From a candidate division WOR-3 bacterium (GTDB lineage Bacteria > Hydrothermota > Hydrothermia > JBDRYB01): a stretch of 64,000 nt of DNA. The position numbers and the translations under genes are program-made. The stretch covers positions 75,315 to 139,314 of the forward strand of contig JBDRYB010000001.1 of NCBI GenBank assembly GCA_039803205.1. The letters are read 5' to 3'. Below, in pieces: positions 10,439-20,095 of the stretch (positions are counted from its first letter, which is position 1; each line of letters opens with the position of its first letter). The notes under the pieces were generated by a model. The model saw only the letters and a program-made list of their open reading frames with translations, was not told where the DNA came from and did not search any database.

Positions 10439-11176
10439 ATGAGAAGGTTTTTGTTTGCTTTGTCCGCTTTTTTGCTCTCTTGCTCCCCAAAAGAGGAACC
10501 GCCTGAGCCCCAGAGGTATTTCAACCTCACGAAGGGAAACTGGTGGGAGTATGAGACAGCGAAGGGTTTTAAACTGGACACATCGTCATGGACCCTGGAC
10601 TCGGTCACCGAGACCTACCACGAGACCCTTACGATAACAGACGAGGCAGATGGGGTCTATACCTGGGTGATAACCTACTCCTCAGATACCTTTGCTGATA
10701 CCATGCAGGCCTTCATCTCCGGGGATACCCTCATGCTCTCAGTGGTAAAAACATTCGCCAACCCTCTGGATCCCACAGATACGATAACTGTCTCGGACAC
10801 GGTTCCCTACGCTCCTTGTCCTCTCGTGGTTGGCATGGCGTGGGGCTCCGAGGAGAAATTCGTCCTCGCCATGGACCTAGATGGGGACCTCTTGGAAGAT
10901 TCAGTCTTCTATCACCTAGAGGCAAGGGTTGAGACACAAGCCGATGTCTCTGTTCCAAAGGGCACCTTCAACGCCTTCAGAACCCTATACATTCACAAGT
11001 TCAGGATAAAATCCACATCCATGGGCCCACTGACCATTGATCTCATCCAGAGGATATGGTGGGTGGAGAGCGTTGGGCCTGTTCGCTGGATTGACAGGGA
11101 CTACAGGGAGAACCCAAGCCCTCTTGACGCGCCCTGGCTGGTCAAGAACCTCTATGACATGGGAGGAGGCCAATGA
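10439..11176 (+). CDS. Lipoprotein, beta-rich, DUF3108-like
   Basis: Lipobox LLSC; GNWWEY ... VSVPKGTF ... WWVESVGPV pattern. Confidence 0.7.
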   Translation: MRRFLFALSAFLLSCSPKEEPPEPQRYFNLTKGNWWEYETAKGFKLDTSSWTLDSVTETYHETLTITDEADGVYTWVITYSSDTFADTMQAFISGDTLMLSVVKTFANPLDPTDTITVSDTVPYAPCPLVVGMAWGSEEKFVLAMDLDGDLLEDSVFYHLEARVETQADVSVPKGTFNAFRTLYIHKFRIKSTSMGPLTIDLIQRIWWVESVGPVRWIDRDYRENPSPLDAPWLVKNLYDMGGGQ

Positions 11177-11943
11177 GAGGGATTGTTCGTTTCCTGGGAT
11201 TTGCCGGGGCCACAGCCGTTTCCCTGATCTCGTCCTGCGATTGCGACAAAGAAAAGGCTTTCAGCTATGAGTTCTACCCGTCTGTAGGAGACACCTGGTA
11301 TTACAGAGAGGTTGAGGATGAGGCCGCTTCTTATTACCTTGATACCGTTATATGCGTTGGAACAACTGAATATCACGGGATTCCCGCTTGGCTACTGTTT
11401 TCAACCCACAAGAAGGACTCCTCTCAGCACGAGACGACCGTCGTCTTTTTCAGGCAAGACACATTCTACCATTACTCAAGGACCACGGGTTTCTTCCCGG
11501 AGAGCATAACATACCAGGGAGAAAGGTATGTCTGCACATTCGATCATCCGTTCATAGAGATAGCCTGGCTTCCACGGTATATTGATATGGGGGATCAGTG
11601 GGAGGTCGCTACGGATGAGGGCAAGATAAAGAGGCTCTCTGATGGGCGCACATACGAGCTTACCGCGACCGTGACAGCTGTCTTTGACTCGGTGCAGAAC
11701 CTTTCCTTCACGGATACCATATACGACACCCTATTCGGGTCCGATCCCCACACATACAACGAGTGCATCAGGGTGGTTTATACGGGGAAATTGGAGTTTG
11801 AGGGCATACCCATAGAGCTCATCATAGGCAAAACCTGGTGGATGTCCGGCCCCGGCATGGTAAAGCAATACGCTTACGCTACGGATAGCTCGGGGAATTA
11901 CGATCCCCTGGACATGTATCTCCTATATTACTCAGGGGATTAA
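11173..11943 (+). CDS. Lipoprotein, probable paralog of the upstream gene
   Basis: Lipobox ISSC; FYPSVGDTWYY ... WWMSGPGMVK; ATGA overlap with the upstream stop. Confidence 0.7.
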   Translation: MRGIVRFLGFAGATAVSLISSCDCDKEKAFSYEFYPSVGDTWYYREVEDEAASYYLDTVICVGTTEYHGIPAWLLFSTHKKDSSQHETTVVFFRQDTFYHYSRTTGFFPESITYQGERYVCTFDHPFIEIAWLPRYIDMGDQWEVATDEGKIKRLSDGRTYELTATVTAVFDSVQNLSFTDTIYDTLFGSDPHTYNECIRVVYTGKLEFEGIPIELIIGKTWWMSGPGMVKQYAYATDSSGNYDPLDMYLLYYSGD

Positions 11944-11952
11944 TAAAGGGCT

Positions 11953-12372
11953 TTGAAGACCCTCTGGCCTCACAGAGGAACGATATACTCGGTCGGTCAT
12001 TCCAACCGGAAAATTGATGAATTCATCGCTATTCTCGTGAAAAACGGGGTGGAGCTGGTCGCTGATGTGAGGCGGTTTCCAGGCTCAAGAAAGCACCCAT
12101 GGTTCTGCCGTGAGAACCTTGAGGCCTTTCTGAAAGAGCATGGGATCCGATACATCTGGCTTGGGGAATCGCTTGGCGGGTTCCGGAAAGGAGGATACGA
12201 GAAATACGCTAAGACGGAGGAATTTGAGAAGGGCTTGAAAGATCTTGAGAACCTAGCGGAGGAACACCGGGTCGCGTTCATGTGCGCGGAGGCTTTTGAG
12301 GGCAAATGCCACAGAAAGCACATAGCGCGCGAGCTGGAGGCCAGGGGATGGGAGGTTATACGAATAGGCTGA
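11953..12372 (+). CDS. DUF488 family protein
   Basis: IYSVGHSNR, DVRRFPGSR, LGG, MCAE, CHR. Confidence 0.92.
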   Translation: MKTLWPHRGTIYSVGHSNRKIDEFIAILVKNGVELVADVRRFPGSRKHPWFCRENLEAFLKEHGIRYIWLGESLGGFRKGGYEKYAKTEEFEKGLKDLENLAEEHRVAFMCAEAFEGKCHRKHIARELEARGWEVIRIG

Positions 12373-12413
12373 TGTTGTTGAAGCCATATCCCAGCATAAT
12401 TTATAATTAGAAC

Positions 12414-13280
12414 ATGCTCTTCTGGAGGAAGAAGAAAAAGCCCCTGGAGGCCAAGAAGACGGAAGCCCCTGAGGATGCTTGGGTAAAGTGCTCGTGCGGA
12501 GAGGTTCACTACAGGGCCCAGCTTGACAGGAACTGGTGGGTTTGCCCAAAATGCGGCGCTCACATGCGCATTCCCGCTAGGAAGTTCGTTGAATACCTCC
12601 TGGATGGCGGAGGGTTCAGCGCGGAGATAGCGCCGAACCTGGTTCCAACCGATCCACTTGATTTCCCCGAATACAAGGAAAAGATAAAGCGGGATCAGAA
12701 GAAGACGGGGGAGACCGAGGCGGCCATCGCGGGGTTAGGGGAAATGGGTGGGCACAGGGTTGTCCTTTTTGTCACGGATTTCAACTTCCTCGGCGGCTCA
12801 ATGGGCTCTGTCGTCGGAGAGAAGTTCCTGAGGGCCGCGCGCAAGGCCGTTGAGCTCAGGCATCCCCTAATCGCTGTAACAGCGTCCGGAGGTGGGGCCC
12901 GGATGCACGAGGGAATAATCTCCTTGATGCAGATGGTCAAAACCACACTTGGGTGTATTGACCTGGATGCGGCCAAGATCCCATACATAAATGTCCTCTC
13001 TGATCCGACCATGGCAGGGGTAATGGCATCATTTGCCTCCCTCGGGGACATACTGATAGCGGAGCCGGGCGCCCTCCTCGGTTTCACTGGCCCTCGCGTT
13101 ATCCAGCAAACAATAGGAGTTGACCTCCCGGAGGGGTTTGAGACATCTGAGTTCCAGCTCGAGCACGGCCAGATTGATATGGTCGTGCCGAGACCTCGCC
13201 TCCGCGAGACCCTCATAAGGATACTTGATGTGCTCTGGGGGATCCCCAAATCAAGAAGGAAGGAGGAAGCCAGGGCATGA
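12414..13280 (+). CDS. accD: Acetyl-CoA carboxylase carboxyltransferase beta subunit
   Basis: N-terminal Cys zinc ribbon, FLGGSMGSVVGEK, GGARMHEG, GFTGPRVI. Confidence 0.96.
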   Translation: MLFWRKKKKPLEAKKTEAPEDAWVKCSCGEVHYRAQLDRNWWVCPKCGAHMRIPARKFVEYLLDGGGFSAEIAPNLVPTDPLDFPEYKEKIKRDQKKTGETEAAIAGLGEMGGHRVVLFVTDFNFLGGSMGSVVGEKFLRAARKAVELRHPLIAVTASGGGARMHEGIISLMQMVKTTLGCIDLDAAKIPYINVLSDPTMAGVMASFASLGDILIAEPGALLGFTGPRVIQQTIGVDLPEGFETSEFQLEHGQIDMVVPRPRLRETLIRILDVLWGIPKSRRKEEARA

Positions 13281-13951
13281 GGAGGTTATTTCCGGCCCTC
13301 ATGGCCATCCTGCTCTCGTGCGGCATCGTTGACCGAGACCAGGCCGATTACCTTATGTGGGATAAAGGGAGAACAACCTGGGCCTTTCTCGTTTCAGAGG
13401 GAACATTTCCGGACGATACTTTTCATTTGGTCTCTGACACTGCCACTGATACCGCATTTGGTTCCGAGAGCGCGGATGTTTATCTTGATTGGGAGGGCCG
13501 TAGGGAATACTTCAGGCTCGCTGGCGACAGGGTTGAGAAGCTGACGGACTTTTCGGTCTATCCAGGTGGTCAGGTTATCCCATTGCAATACGGGTTCACC
13601 CTTTTCATGCGATATCCGCCAGTGCTTGGAAATACTTGGAACGACACCTCGCGGGGGAGCTTGGTATACCAGGGTGATACCTTCAGCTACTATCACGCTG
13701 TTTCTGGTTCGGTTGATTCCATACTCACGCTTTCGGTCCCATTCCGAGAGAATGTAGAAAATGTCTATCTCATCAGGATCGACGAGCACCTTTTCTCAGA
13801 TTTGTCCGAATCCAGGGTCCACAGGGTCTATTACCTTGGCCCTGACATAGGGATAATAAAAGCAAAAGTGGGGCCTGACACATTCCGGTTTGCTGATTCA
13901 TCCTGGGTTGAAGAGCGCCTGGTTCTTGAGCTTTTTGAGATTCAGAGATGA
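13277..13951 (+). CDS. Lipoprotein, probably the same beta-rich family as 10439 and 11173
   Basis: Lipobox LLSC; GNTW, LSVPF, YYLGPDIGIIK. Confidence 0.65.
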   Translation: MRRLFPALMAILLSCGIVDRDQADYLMWDKGRTTWAFLVSEGTFPDDTFHLVSDTATDTAFGSESADVYLDWEGRREYFRLAGDRVEKLTDFSVYPGGQVIPLQYGFTLFMRYPPVLGNTWNDTSRGSLVYQGDTFSYYHAVSGSVDSILTLSVPFRENVENVYLIRIDEHLFSDLSESRVHRVYYLGPDIGIIKAKVGPDTFRFADSSWVEERLVLELFEIQR

Positions 13952-14472
13952 TCCTCCGGAATCCTCTTTTGTTCGTTGCTCTCGGGGCCATGCTTTCGTG
14001 TTCAAGAGAGAGATCGGGCGAGCCATCAGCATTCCCGGGGAACGAATCCGCAGAGGGGGTCCGGATCCTACAAACGGACAAGGGTAGAAGGCTCTGGGAG
14101 CTATTCGCTGATAGCATGGAGATTATCGGTGATACTGTCAAGGTTAAGGGGGTTAATCTGAAATTTTACGGCAAGCGAGGCGAGGTTCAGAGCACACTCA
14201 CATCGGATTCCGGGAGATATTACCAGTCATCTGAGGACATGTCAGCGCATGGCAGGGTTGAGGTTAAGGGTCAGGATGGCTCATATCTTTCAACTTCAAG
14301 CCTTTTTTACAGCAGGACCAGGGAGGAAATATTCACGGAGGAAAGGGTGTATCTGAGAACAAGGGACAAGGAGGTCTGGGGAAAGGGGCTCACATCCGAT
14401 CCTGCCCTTACCAGGATTGAGATAAAGGAAGAGGTCTGGGGAAAGGGTCAGGAGGAAGAGTGGCAGAGGTAG
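13948..14472 (+). CDS. lptC: LPS export periplasmic protein LptC
   Basis: WELFADSM, STLTSDSGRY, LSTSSLFY, IFTEERV beta-jellyroll pattern. Confidence 0.8.
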   Translation: MILRNPLLFVALGAMLSCSRERSGEPSAFPGNESAEGVRILQTDKGRRLWELFADSMEIIGDTVKVKGVNLKFYGKRGEVQSTLTSDSGRYYQSSEDMSAHGRVEVKGQDGSYLSTSSLFYSRTREEIFTEERVYLRTRDKEVWGKGLTSDPALTRIEIKEEVWGKGQEEEWQR

Positions 14473-14720
14473 ACGATCTGGCCGAAAGGATAGCCCAAAG
14501 GGTTGTTGGGATGGGCTTGGGTATGATATCAATCGCCCTTTTGGAGAGCCTAAAGCCCATTAGTTTCATAGGCTCTTCGGTCCTCGTTTTCATGAGGCCA
14601 TTGGCCGGGGTATTTTTTGACGCTGAGGCCTACGACCGCTTCATAGATCTCATAGAGGACAGGAGAAACATAGAACGCCTGACCGAAAGAATAGAGCAGT
14701 TGCAGGATGAGCAGGGATGA
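14460..14720 (+). CDS. Small hypothetical protein
   Basis: GTG start with upstream GGAGG, overlapping the lptC end; LLESLKP motif. Confidence 0.7.
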   Translation: MAEVDDLAERIAQRVVGMGLGMISIALLESLKPISFIGSSVLVFMRPLAGVFFDAEAYDRFIDLIEDRRNIERLTERIEQLQDEQG

Positions 14721-14808
14721 AGCGCCCGCATGATCCAAAAGGAAGGCGTAGCATTCCCGGATCGTTCCGCAGGTGCAAAAGACCCATCTTATCCGCTATA
14801 ATTTCCTC

Positions 14809-15519
14809 ATGAACATAAGGGCACAGGCCTGGGCAGAGGAGGCCAGAAAAGCCTCCCTTGAGCCCATAGGGGCTGATGAGACCGCAAGGGTAATAGACAA
14901 CACCTTCCTCCATCCTGAGGCAACCCCGGATCAGGTCAAAGAATTCATCGTAAAGAGCCTAAATTATCCCTTTAGGGCCATAGTTGTTGGCCCAAACATG
15001 GTCCGTGTCGCCAGAGAGCTGGTGCCAGAAGGAGGGCCGAGGCTCGTTTCGGTCGCTGGTTTCCCCATGGGATTCCACGCGCTTGATGTCAAAATGAGGG
15101 AGGCCGAAATCTCAATAAAGGCTGGGGTTTCCGAGATAGATTATGTGATTGACATATCCCTGGCAAAAGATAAGGACTACAGGGCGCTTGAGAACGAGGC
15201 AAAAGCCCTCCTCTCTCTTGGCGTTCCCCTGAAGGCGATCCTGGAATGCGGGCTTCTCTCCGAGGACGAAAAGGAGGACTCAGCGAGGGCTCTGGCCGGG
15301 GCTGGCATCTCCTTTGTCAAGACATCAACGGGTTTTCTGGCTGGCGGCGCGACGCTATACGATGTAGCCCTATTGCATTTCGCTGTTGAGGGAACTGGTT
15401 GCGGCGTAAAGGCATCCGGAGGCATAAGGACCCTAGAAGACCTACAGAGAATGCGGCTGGCCGGAGCGGATATCATAGGCACATCATACGGGTTAAAGAT
15501 AGTCCAAAGCGCTCTGTAG
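14809..15519 (+). CDS. deoC: Deoxyribose-phosphate aldolase
   Basis: IDNTFL, GFPMG, EIDYV, FVKTSTGF, VKASGGIR, IGTS; ATG 6 nt after TATAAT. Confidence 0.96.
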   Translation: MNIRAQAWAEEARKASLEPIGADETARVIDNTFLHPEATPDQVKEFIVKSLNYPFRAIVVGPNMVRVARELVPEGGPRLVSVAGFPMGFHALDVKMREAEISIKAGVSEIDYVIDISLAKDKDYRALENEAKALLSLGVPLKAILECGLLSEDEKEDSARALAGAGISFVKTSTGFLAGGATLYDVALLHFAVEGTGCGVKASGGIRTLEDLQRMRLAGADIIGTSYGLKIVQSAL

Positions 15520-15540
15520 CGATCTCGCGAACGGCCCTTG

Positions 15541-16419
15541 CTATGACCCGAAACCCTCAATGACCGCGCCCTCTATGCACCTCTTTGCCAATCCCTGCAA
15601 GACCTTTCCTGGCCCCATTTCAATGAAGCGTTCCGCGCCTTGGTTTTTTGCCTCTCTCAGCATATCCGTCCACCTGACTGGACTCAATAACTGGATGAGA
15701 AGAGCCTTTTTGAGCTCCTCGGGATCAGCCGTGGCTTTCGCTGTCGCGCAAGGGATAACAGGAACCCTCGGCGGCCTGAATTCGGTTTTCTCTATCTCGC
15801 TCGCTAGCGCCTTTGAAGCTGGCTCCATGAGGGGGGAATGGAAGGCCGCGGAAACCCTGAGAGGGATAACCCTCTTTGCCCCTCGCTGAGATAGTATCTC
15901 GCTTGCCCTCGCGACAGCATCAGTATCCCCCGAGATCACGATCTGGTCAGGCGAGTTAATGTTGGCTATTATAACCGTGCCGCCAGCCTCCTCAAGGGCC
16001 TCTCGTATGCTCATTTCTTCCAGGCCCACGACCGCGGCCATGGTCCCAGGCCTCATCTCGTCCGCCTTTGCCATGAGCTCGCCCCGCGTTTTCACCAGTC
16101 TCATGGCATCCTCGTAGGATATGGCCCCTGCCGCGGCAAGAGCGGAATACTCCCCTAGGCTGTGGCCCATGGTCAGATGAAATTCTCCCTCCCACGCGGA
16201 CAAAGCGGCCAAGGAACACGCTACTATGCACGGCTGGGCATTTTCCGTCCTGGTCAAGACCTCCTCCGGCCCCTCAAAACACATACTCTTTATAGGCACA
16301 CCTGTTATCTCCTCGGCCATTTCAATTACAGCGCGGGCCCTTTCGCTTCCTTCATAGAGGGCCTTACCCATCCCGACATACTGAGATGCTTGGCCCGGAA
16401 ACATGAGCGCGGTTTTCAT
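15541..16419 (-). CDS. fabD: Malonyl-CoA:ACP transacylase
   Basis: FPGQASQ, GHSLGEYSA, VSAAFHS, SPVRW, GPGKVL. Confidence 0.97.
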   Translation of the reverse strand: MKTALMFPGQASQYVGMGKALYEGSERARAVIEMAEEITGVPIKSMCFEGPEEVLTRTENAQPCIVACSLAALSAWEGEFHLTMGHSLGEYSALAAAGAISYEDAMRLVKTRGELMAKADEMRPGTMAAVVGLEEMSIREALEEAGGTVIIANINSPDQIVISGDTDAVARASEILSQRGAKRVIPLRVSAAFHSPLMEPASKALASEIEKTEFRPPRVPVIPCATAKATADPEELKKALLIQLLSPVRWTDMLREAKNQGAERFIEMGPGKVLQGLAKRCIEGAVIEGFGS

Positions 16420-16685
16420 AGAGGGAAATTATATCATCTATCGCTCATCGGTTGCCATTTGCTCAGGGGGCCCCACCCTGCGACACGAGGCCATCCTCCC
16501 AAAGCCTCCGCAAGGAACGCACGGGGCAAGAGGTCTAATAAATCCACCCCAAGGCTCCCTCTATTTCCCCGGATGGTTGGGCCACATAGTGGGAAGGCGA
16601 TGGTGATATAGCATCTCTCACCGTAACTCCAAGTTTCAAACCCCTTTTCTCCGGCCTTATACTTTGTGGCCTTGGAGATGTTGCT

Positions 16686-18404
16686 ATGAGTGATACATAC
16701 ACTCACGATATTTTGATCCTCGGAACCGGCCTCGCTGGGCTCAGAGCCGCCCTTGAGATAGGCATGAAAACCAAGGGCAGGTTGAACATGGGCCTGGTGT
16801 CCAAGGTGCAACTCATGCGCGCTCACTCCGGAGGCGCTGAGGGCGGCACTGCGGCTGTCCTCAGGACCGAGGAGGGGGACAGCACCGAATTGCACGCCTG
16901 GGACACGGTTAAAGGCTCGGATTTCCTCGCGGATCAGGATGTTGTCTTTCGGTTCGTGGAGGGTATGCCAAAGGAGATCCTCATGCTGGATCACTGGGGC
17001 ATGCCTTGGTCAAGGAGGCCAGACGGAACCATAGACCAGAGGCCCTTCGGAGGCCACACCTTTCCACGAGCCACCTTCGCGGCTGACAAGACCGGATTCT
17101 TTGAGATGCAGACCCTATACGATGCGCTTCTGGAATACACGGACAACTTCGCCAGATACGAGGAGTTCTTCGCAACGGCAATACTTCTCAAAGACGGGAG
17201 GTTCGCCGGCCTCGCGGCGATTGACATGCCGCGCGGCAAGCTCGTTCTCTTCAGGGCAAAGGCGCTCATAATCTGCACGGGAGGAGCGGGAAGGCTTTAC
17301 GGGTTCACCACATACGCCCACACCGTGACCGGCGACGGGCTCGCTATGGCTCTTAGGATAGGGCTTCCCCTTGAGGACATGGAGTTCCTCCAATTCCACC
17401 CAACCGGCCTCGTTCCGAACGGGGTTCTCATGACAGAAGCGTGCCGAGGAGAGGGAGGCTACCTCAGAAACAACAAGGGCGAGAGGTTCATGGAACGCTA
17501 TGTCCCAACGAAGATGGAGCTTGGACCGAGGGACATAATTTCACGCTCAATGATGACCGAGATAGAGGAAGGCAGAGGATTTCCTGGTCCTGATGGGCTT
17601 GATTACCTTCACCTTGACCTCACCCATCTCGGAGCCGATAAAATAAACGAGCGATTGCCCCTCGTCAGGGATGCATCAATGAGCTTCGTCGGGGTTGATC
17701 CCATAAAGGAACCCATCCCTGTCCGACCCGTCGCACACTACTCAATGGGAGGGATAGCCTGTGATATAGATGGCAGAACCGCTATAGAGAACATTTGGGT
17801 TGCTGGAGAGGCCGCTTGCGTGAGTCTCCACGGCGCGAACAGGCTGGGCTCCAATTCAACGGCCGAATGCCTCCTCTGGGGAGCGATAACCGGAGCTGAG
17901 GCCGCGAAATACGCGTCGGAACACGAGCTTCCCCCTGAGCCCACTGAGGCCTTCTCAGATGAAGAGAAGAAGATGTCCAGGCTTCTCGGGATGAACGGCA
18001 AGGAAAACCCATACGAACTGAGGAACGAGTTGAGGCGGACGATGGACAACTCATTCGGCGTCTTTAGGACAGGCGAGGACATGGAGCGGGGCCTGAACAA
18101 GATCCGCGAGCTAAAACGCAGATTTTCCGACATAAAGGTGACGGATAAATCAACGGTTTACAATACCGACCTGGTTACGGTCTACGAGCTGGAGAACCTC
18201 CTGGACATCGCTGAAGCGCTCGCTTTAGGGGCCATAGCAAGGGAGGAGTCCAGGGGTTCACACGCGAGGCGAGACTTCCCCAAGCGTGATGACGAGCATT
18301 GGCTCAAACACACCCTCGTCTACAGAGAAAAGGATGGAAGCCTCCGGCTGGATTACAAGCCGGTGACCATAACCGCTTGGCTCCCCACCGAGCGCAAATA
18401 CTAG
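16686..18404 (+). CDS. sdhA: Succinate dehydrogenase/fumarate reductase flavoprotein
   Basis: GTGLAG, RAHSGGAEGG (FAD-binding His), QFHPTG, HYSMGG, HGANRLGSNS, ESRGSH. Confidence 0.96.
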   Translation: MSDTYTHDILILGTGLAGLRAALEIGMKTKGRLNMGLVSKVQLMRAHSGGAEGGTAAVLRTEEGDSTELHAWDTVKGSDFLADQDVVFRFVEGMPKEILMLDHWGMPWSRRPDGTIDQRPFGGHTFPRATFAADKTGFFEMQTLYDALLEYTDNFARYEEFFATAILLKDGRFAGLAAIDMPRGKLVLFRAKALIICTGGAGRLYGFTTYAHTVTGDGLAMALRIGLPLEDMEFLQFHPTGLVPNGVLMTEACRGEGGYLRNNKGERFMERYVPTKMELGPRDIISRSMMTEIEEGRGFPGPDGLDYLHLDLTHLGADKINERLPLVRDASMSFVGVDPIKEPIPVRPVAHYSMGGIACDIDGRTAIENIWVAGEAACVSLHGANRLGSNSTAECLLWGAITGAEAAKYASEHELPPEPTEAFSDEEKKMSRLLGMNGKENPYELRNELRRTMDNSFGVFRTGEDMERGLNKIRELKRRFSDIKVTDKSTVYNTDLVTVYELENLLDIAEALALGAIAREESRGSHARRDFPKRDDEHWLKHTLVYREKDGSLRLDYKPVTITAWLPTERKY

Positions 18405-18416
18405 GAGGCGAAAAAG

Positions 18417-18863
18417 ATGAAAACGCGCGAACCAAAAACCTTATCCCGCTCCCTCGGCCTCAGAGGCTGGGTATGGGCCGGGAGATACGGGCTTGAGCGC
18501 TGGGCATACCTGTTTCACAGGATAACGGGCCTTGCGCTCATAATCTACCTCCCCGCGCACCTCGTAGTCACGGGCCTCAGGCTGTTCGGGCCCGGACCGT
18601 GGGAGGCGTTCGTTGAGTTCTCGCACAATCCGGTTGTCCTCTTCTTTGAGTGGGCACTCATGATCGCGTTTCTCTATCACGCCATAAACGGATTTAGACT
18701 GCTCCTCACAGAGCTTTTCGCGCTCACCATAGGCAAGCCCGCTCACCCGCATATCCCTCCCAGAACCTCCTTAAAGCGTCAGAGGCCCTTCAACATAGTC
18801 CTCATGATCCTCGGGGGCATCTTCATAGTTCTCACTGTGCTTGATTTCTTCGTGTGGAGGTGA
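18417..18863 (+). CDS. sdhC: Succinate dehydrogenase cytochrome b subunit
   Basis: HRITG, HAINGFR, three TM helices. Confidence 0.9.
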   Translation: MKTREPKTLSRSLGLRGWVWAGRYGLERWAYLFHRITGLALIIYLPAHLVVTGLRLFGPGPWEAFVEFSHNPVVLFFEWALMIAFLYHAINGFRLLLTELFALTIGKPAHPHIPPRTSLKRQRPFNIVLMILGGIFIVLTVLDFFVWR

Positions 18864-18866
18864 GCT

Positions 18867-19235
18867 ATGAGAGAGAGACACCTTTGGCTACTTTTCATCC
18901 TTGCCGCGGCGTTTATCCTGGTCACCCTTGCCATCCACATGTTCCTGATGCACATGGGAACCGTGCTCGGATGGCTCGGAATAACCCTAGGTGATCCCCT
19001 CGCCTGGGAGAGCACAATCGCACGGAGCAAGCAAATAGGAACCCTCGTTCTCCTCTTCATCCTTCTTACCGCAGGGCTTTTCCACGGGCTATATGGCCTC
19101 AGGGGAATCCTGATTGAGTGGATAAAGAACCCCATAGGCCAGAAGGCAATAAGCTGGCTCATTGCCCTTTTCGGTGTAGTGGCATACGCCTGGGGGCTCG
19201 TTGTCCTCTTCGGCGTCTATGCAAAGGGAGGTTGA
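18867..19235 (+). CDS. sdhD: Succinate dehydrogenase hydrophobic anchor subunit
   Basis: Three TM helices, HGLYGLRGILIEW, position in the operon. Confidence 0.87.
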   Translation: MRERHLWLLFILAAAFILVTLAIHMFLMHMGTVLGWLGITLGDPLAWESTIARSKQIGTLVLLFILLTAGLFHGLYGLRGILIEWIKNPIGQKAISWLIALFGVVAYAWGLVVLFGVYAKGG

Positions 19236-19236
19236 G

Positions 19237-20037
19237 ATGAAAGCGGTCGTTTTCAGGGTTTTCAGGTTTGATCCTAGCAAGGACGAGAAGCCCTATTTCA
19301 AGGAATACGAGATAACCCTTACAAAAGGCATGACGGTCCTTGAGGCCCTCATCTACATAAAGGAGAAGATAGACCCAACCCTATCGTTCAGGGCCTCATG
19401 CAGAATGGGCGTCTGTGGCTCGTGCGCTATGTATATAAACGGGAAGCCACGCCTTGCTTGCTACAACCAGGTTGAGGGTCTCAAGTCAAATGTGATATCC
19501 GTCGCTCCTCTGCCAAACTACCCGGTCATAAGGGACCTGGTTCCTGACCTCACTTCCCTCTTCCAGAAACACGCCCACATAAAGCCATACATAATCCGTC
19601 CTGACAGGCAGGAGATGGAGAACCCAACGGGCCAATTTCTCGTTACCCCGAAACAACTAAATGATTTCATCCAATTCGCATACTGCATAAAGTGCGGAGC
19701 GTGCCTTGCCGCTTGCCCCACTGTCGCGACCGATCCCGCTTTCCTGGGGCCCCAAGCTCTCGCTCAGGCATACAGGTATATCGCTGATGTCAGGGACGGA
19801 GGCGCTGAGATAAGGTTAAAGATCCTGGACACGGCCCACGGGCCGTTCAGGTGCCACTTCGCTGGTGCTTGCACCGACGCTTGCCCCAAAGCGGTTGACC
19901 CTGCTCTTGGCGTCCAGTATCTCAAGAAGCACATGTTCTTCGGCAAGAAGCAGAAGCCTTCCGGCGTGAAACCCCTAGCTAAGGAGCATGTGCCCAACGA
20001 GAAGTATCCCGCACCGCCGGAGAGAACGGCAAAATAG
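19237..20037 (+). CDS. sdhB: Succinate dehydrogenase iron-sulfur subunit
   Basis: SCRMGVCGSC, CIKCGACLAACP, CHFAGACTDACP; GGAGG RBS before ATG 19237. Confidence 0.96.
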   Translation: MKAVVFRVFRFDPSKDEKPYFKEYEITLTKGMTVLEALIYIKEKIDPTLSFRASCRMGVCGSCAMYINGKPRLACYNQVEGLKSNVISVAPLPNYPVIRDLVPDLTSLFQKHAHIKPYIIRPDRQEMENPTGQFLVTPKQLNDFIQFAYCIKCGACLAACPTVATDPAFLGPQALAQAYRYIADVRDGGAEIRLKILDTAHGPFRCHFAGACTDACPKAVDPALGVQYLKKHMFFGKKQKPSGVKPLAKEHVPNEKYPAPPERTAK

Positions 20038-20046
20038 CTTAAGCAG

Positions 20047-20090
20047 ATAAAAAACAAGCCCCGGCCTCGGCCGGGGCCTTTGATTTTGTC
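20047..20090. terminator. Probable bidirectional intrinsic terminator
   Basis: GCCCCGGC-CTCG-GCCGGGGC hairpin (20058-20077) with an A-rich left flank and T-rich right flank, between convergent genes. Confidence 0.8.
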
Positions 20091-20095
20091 AGGAT

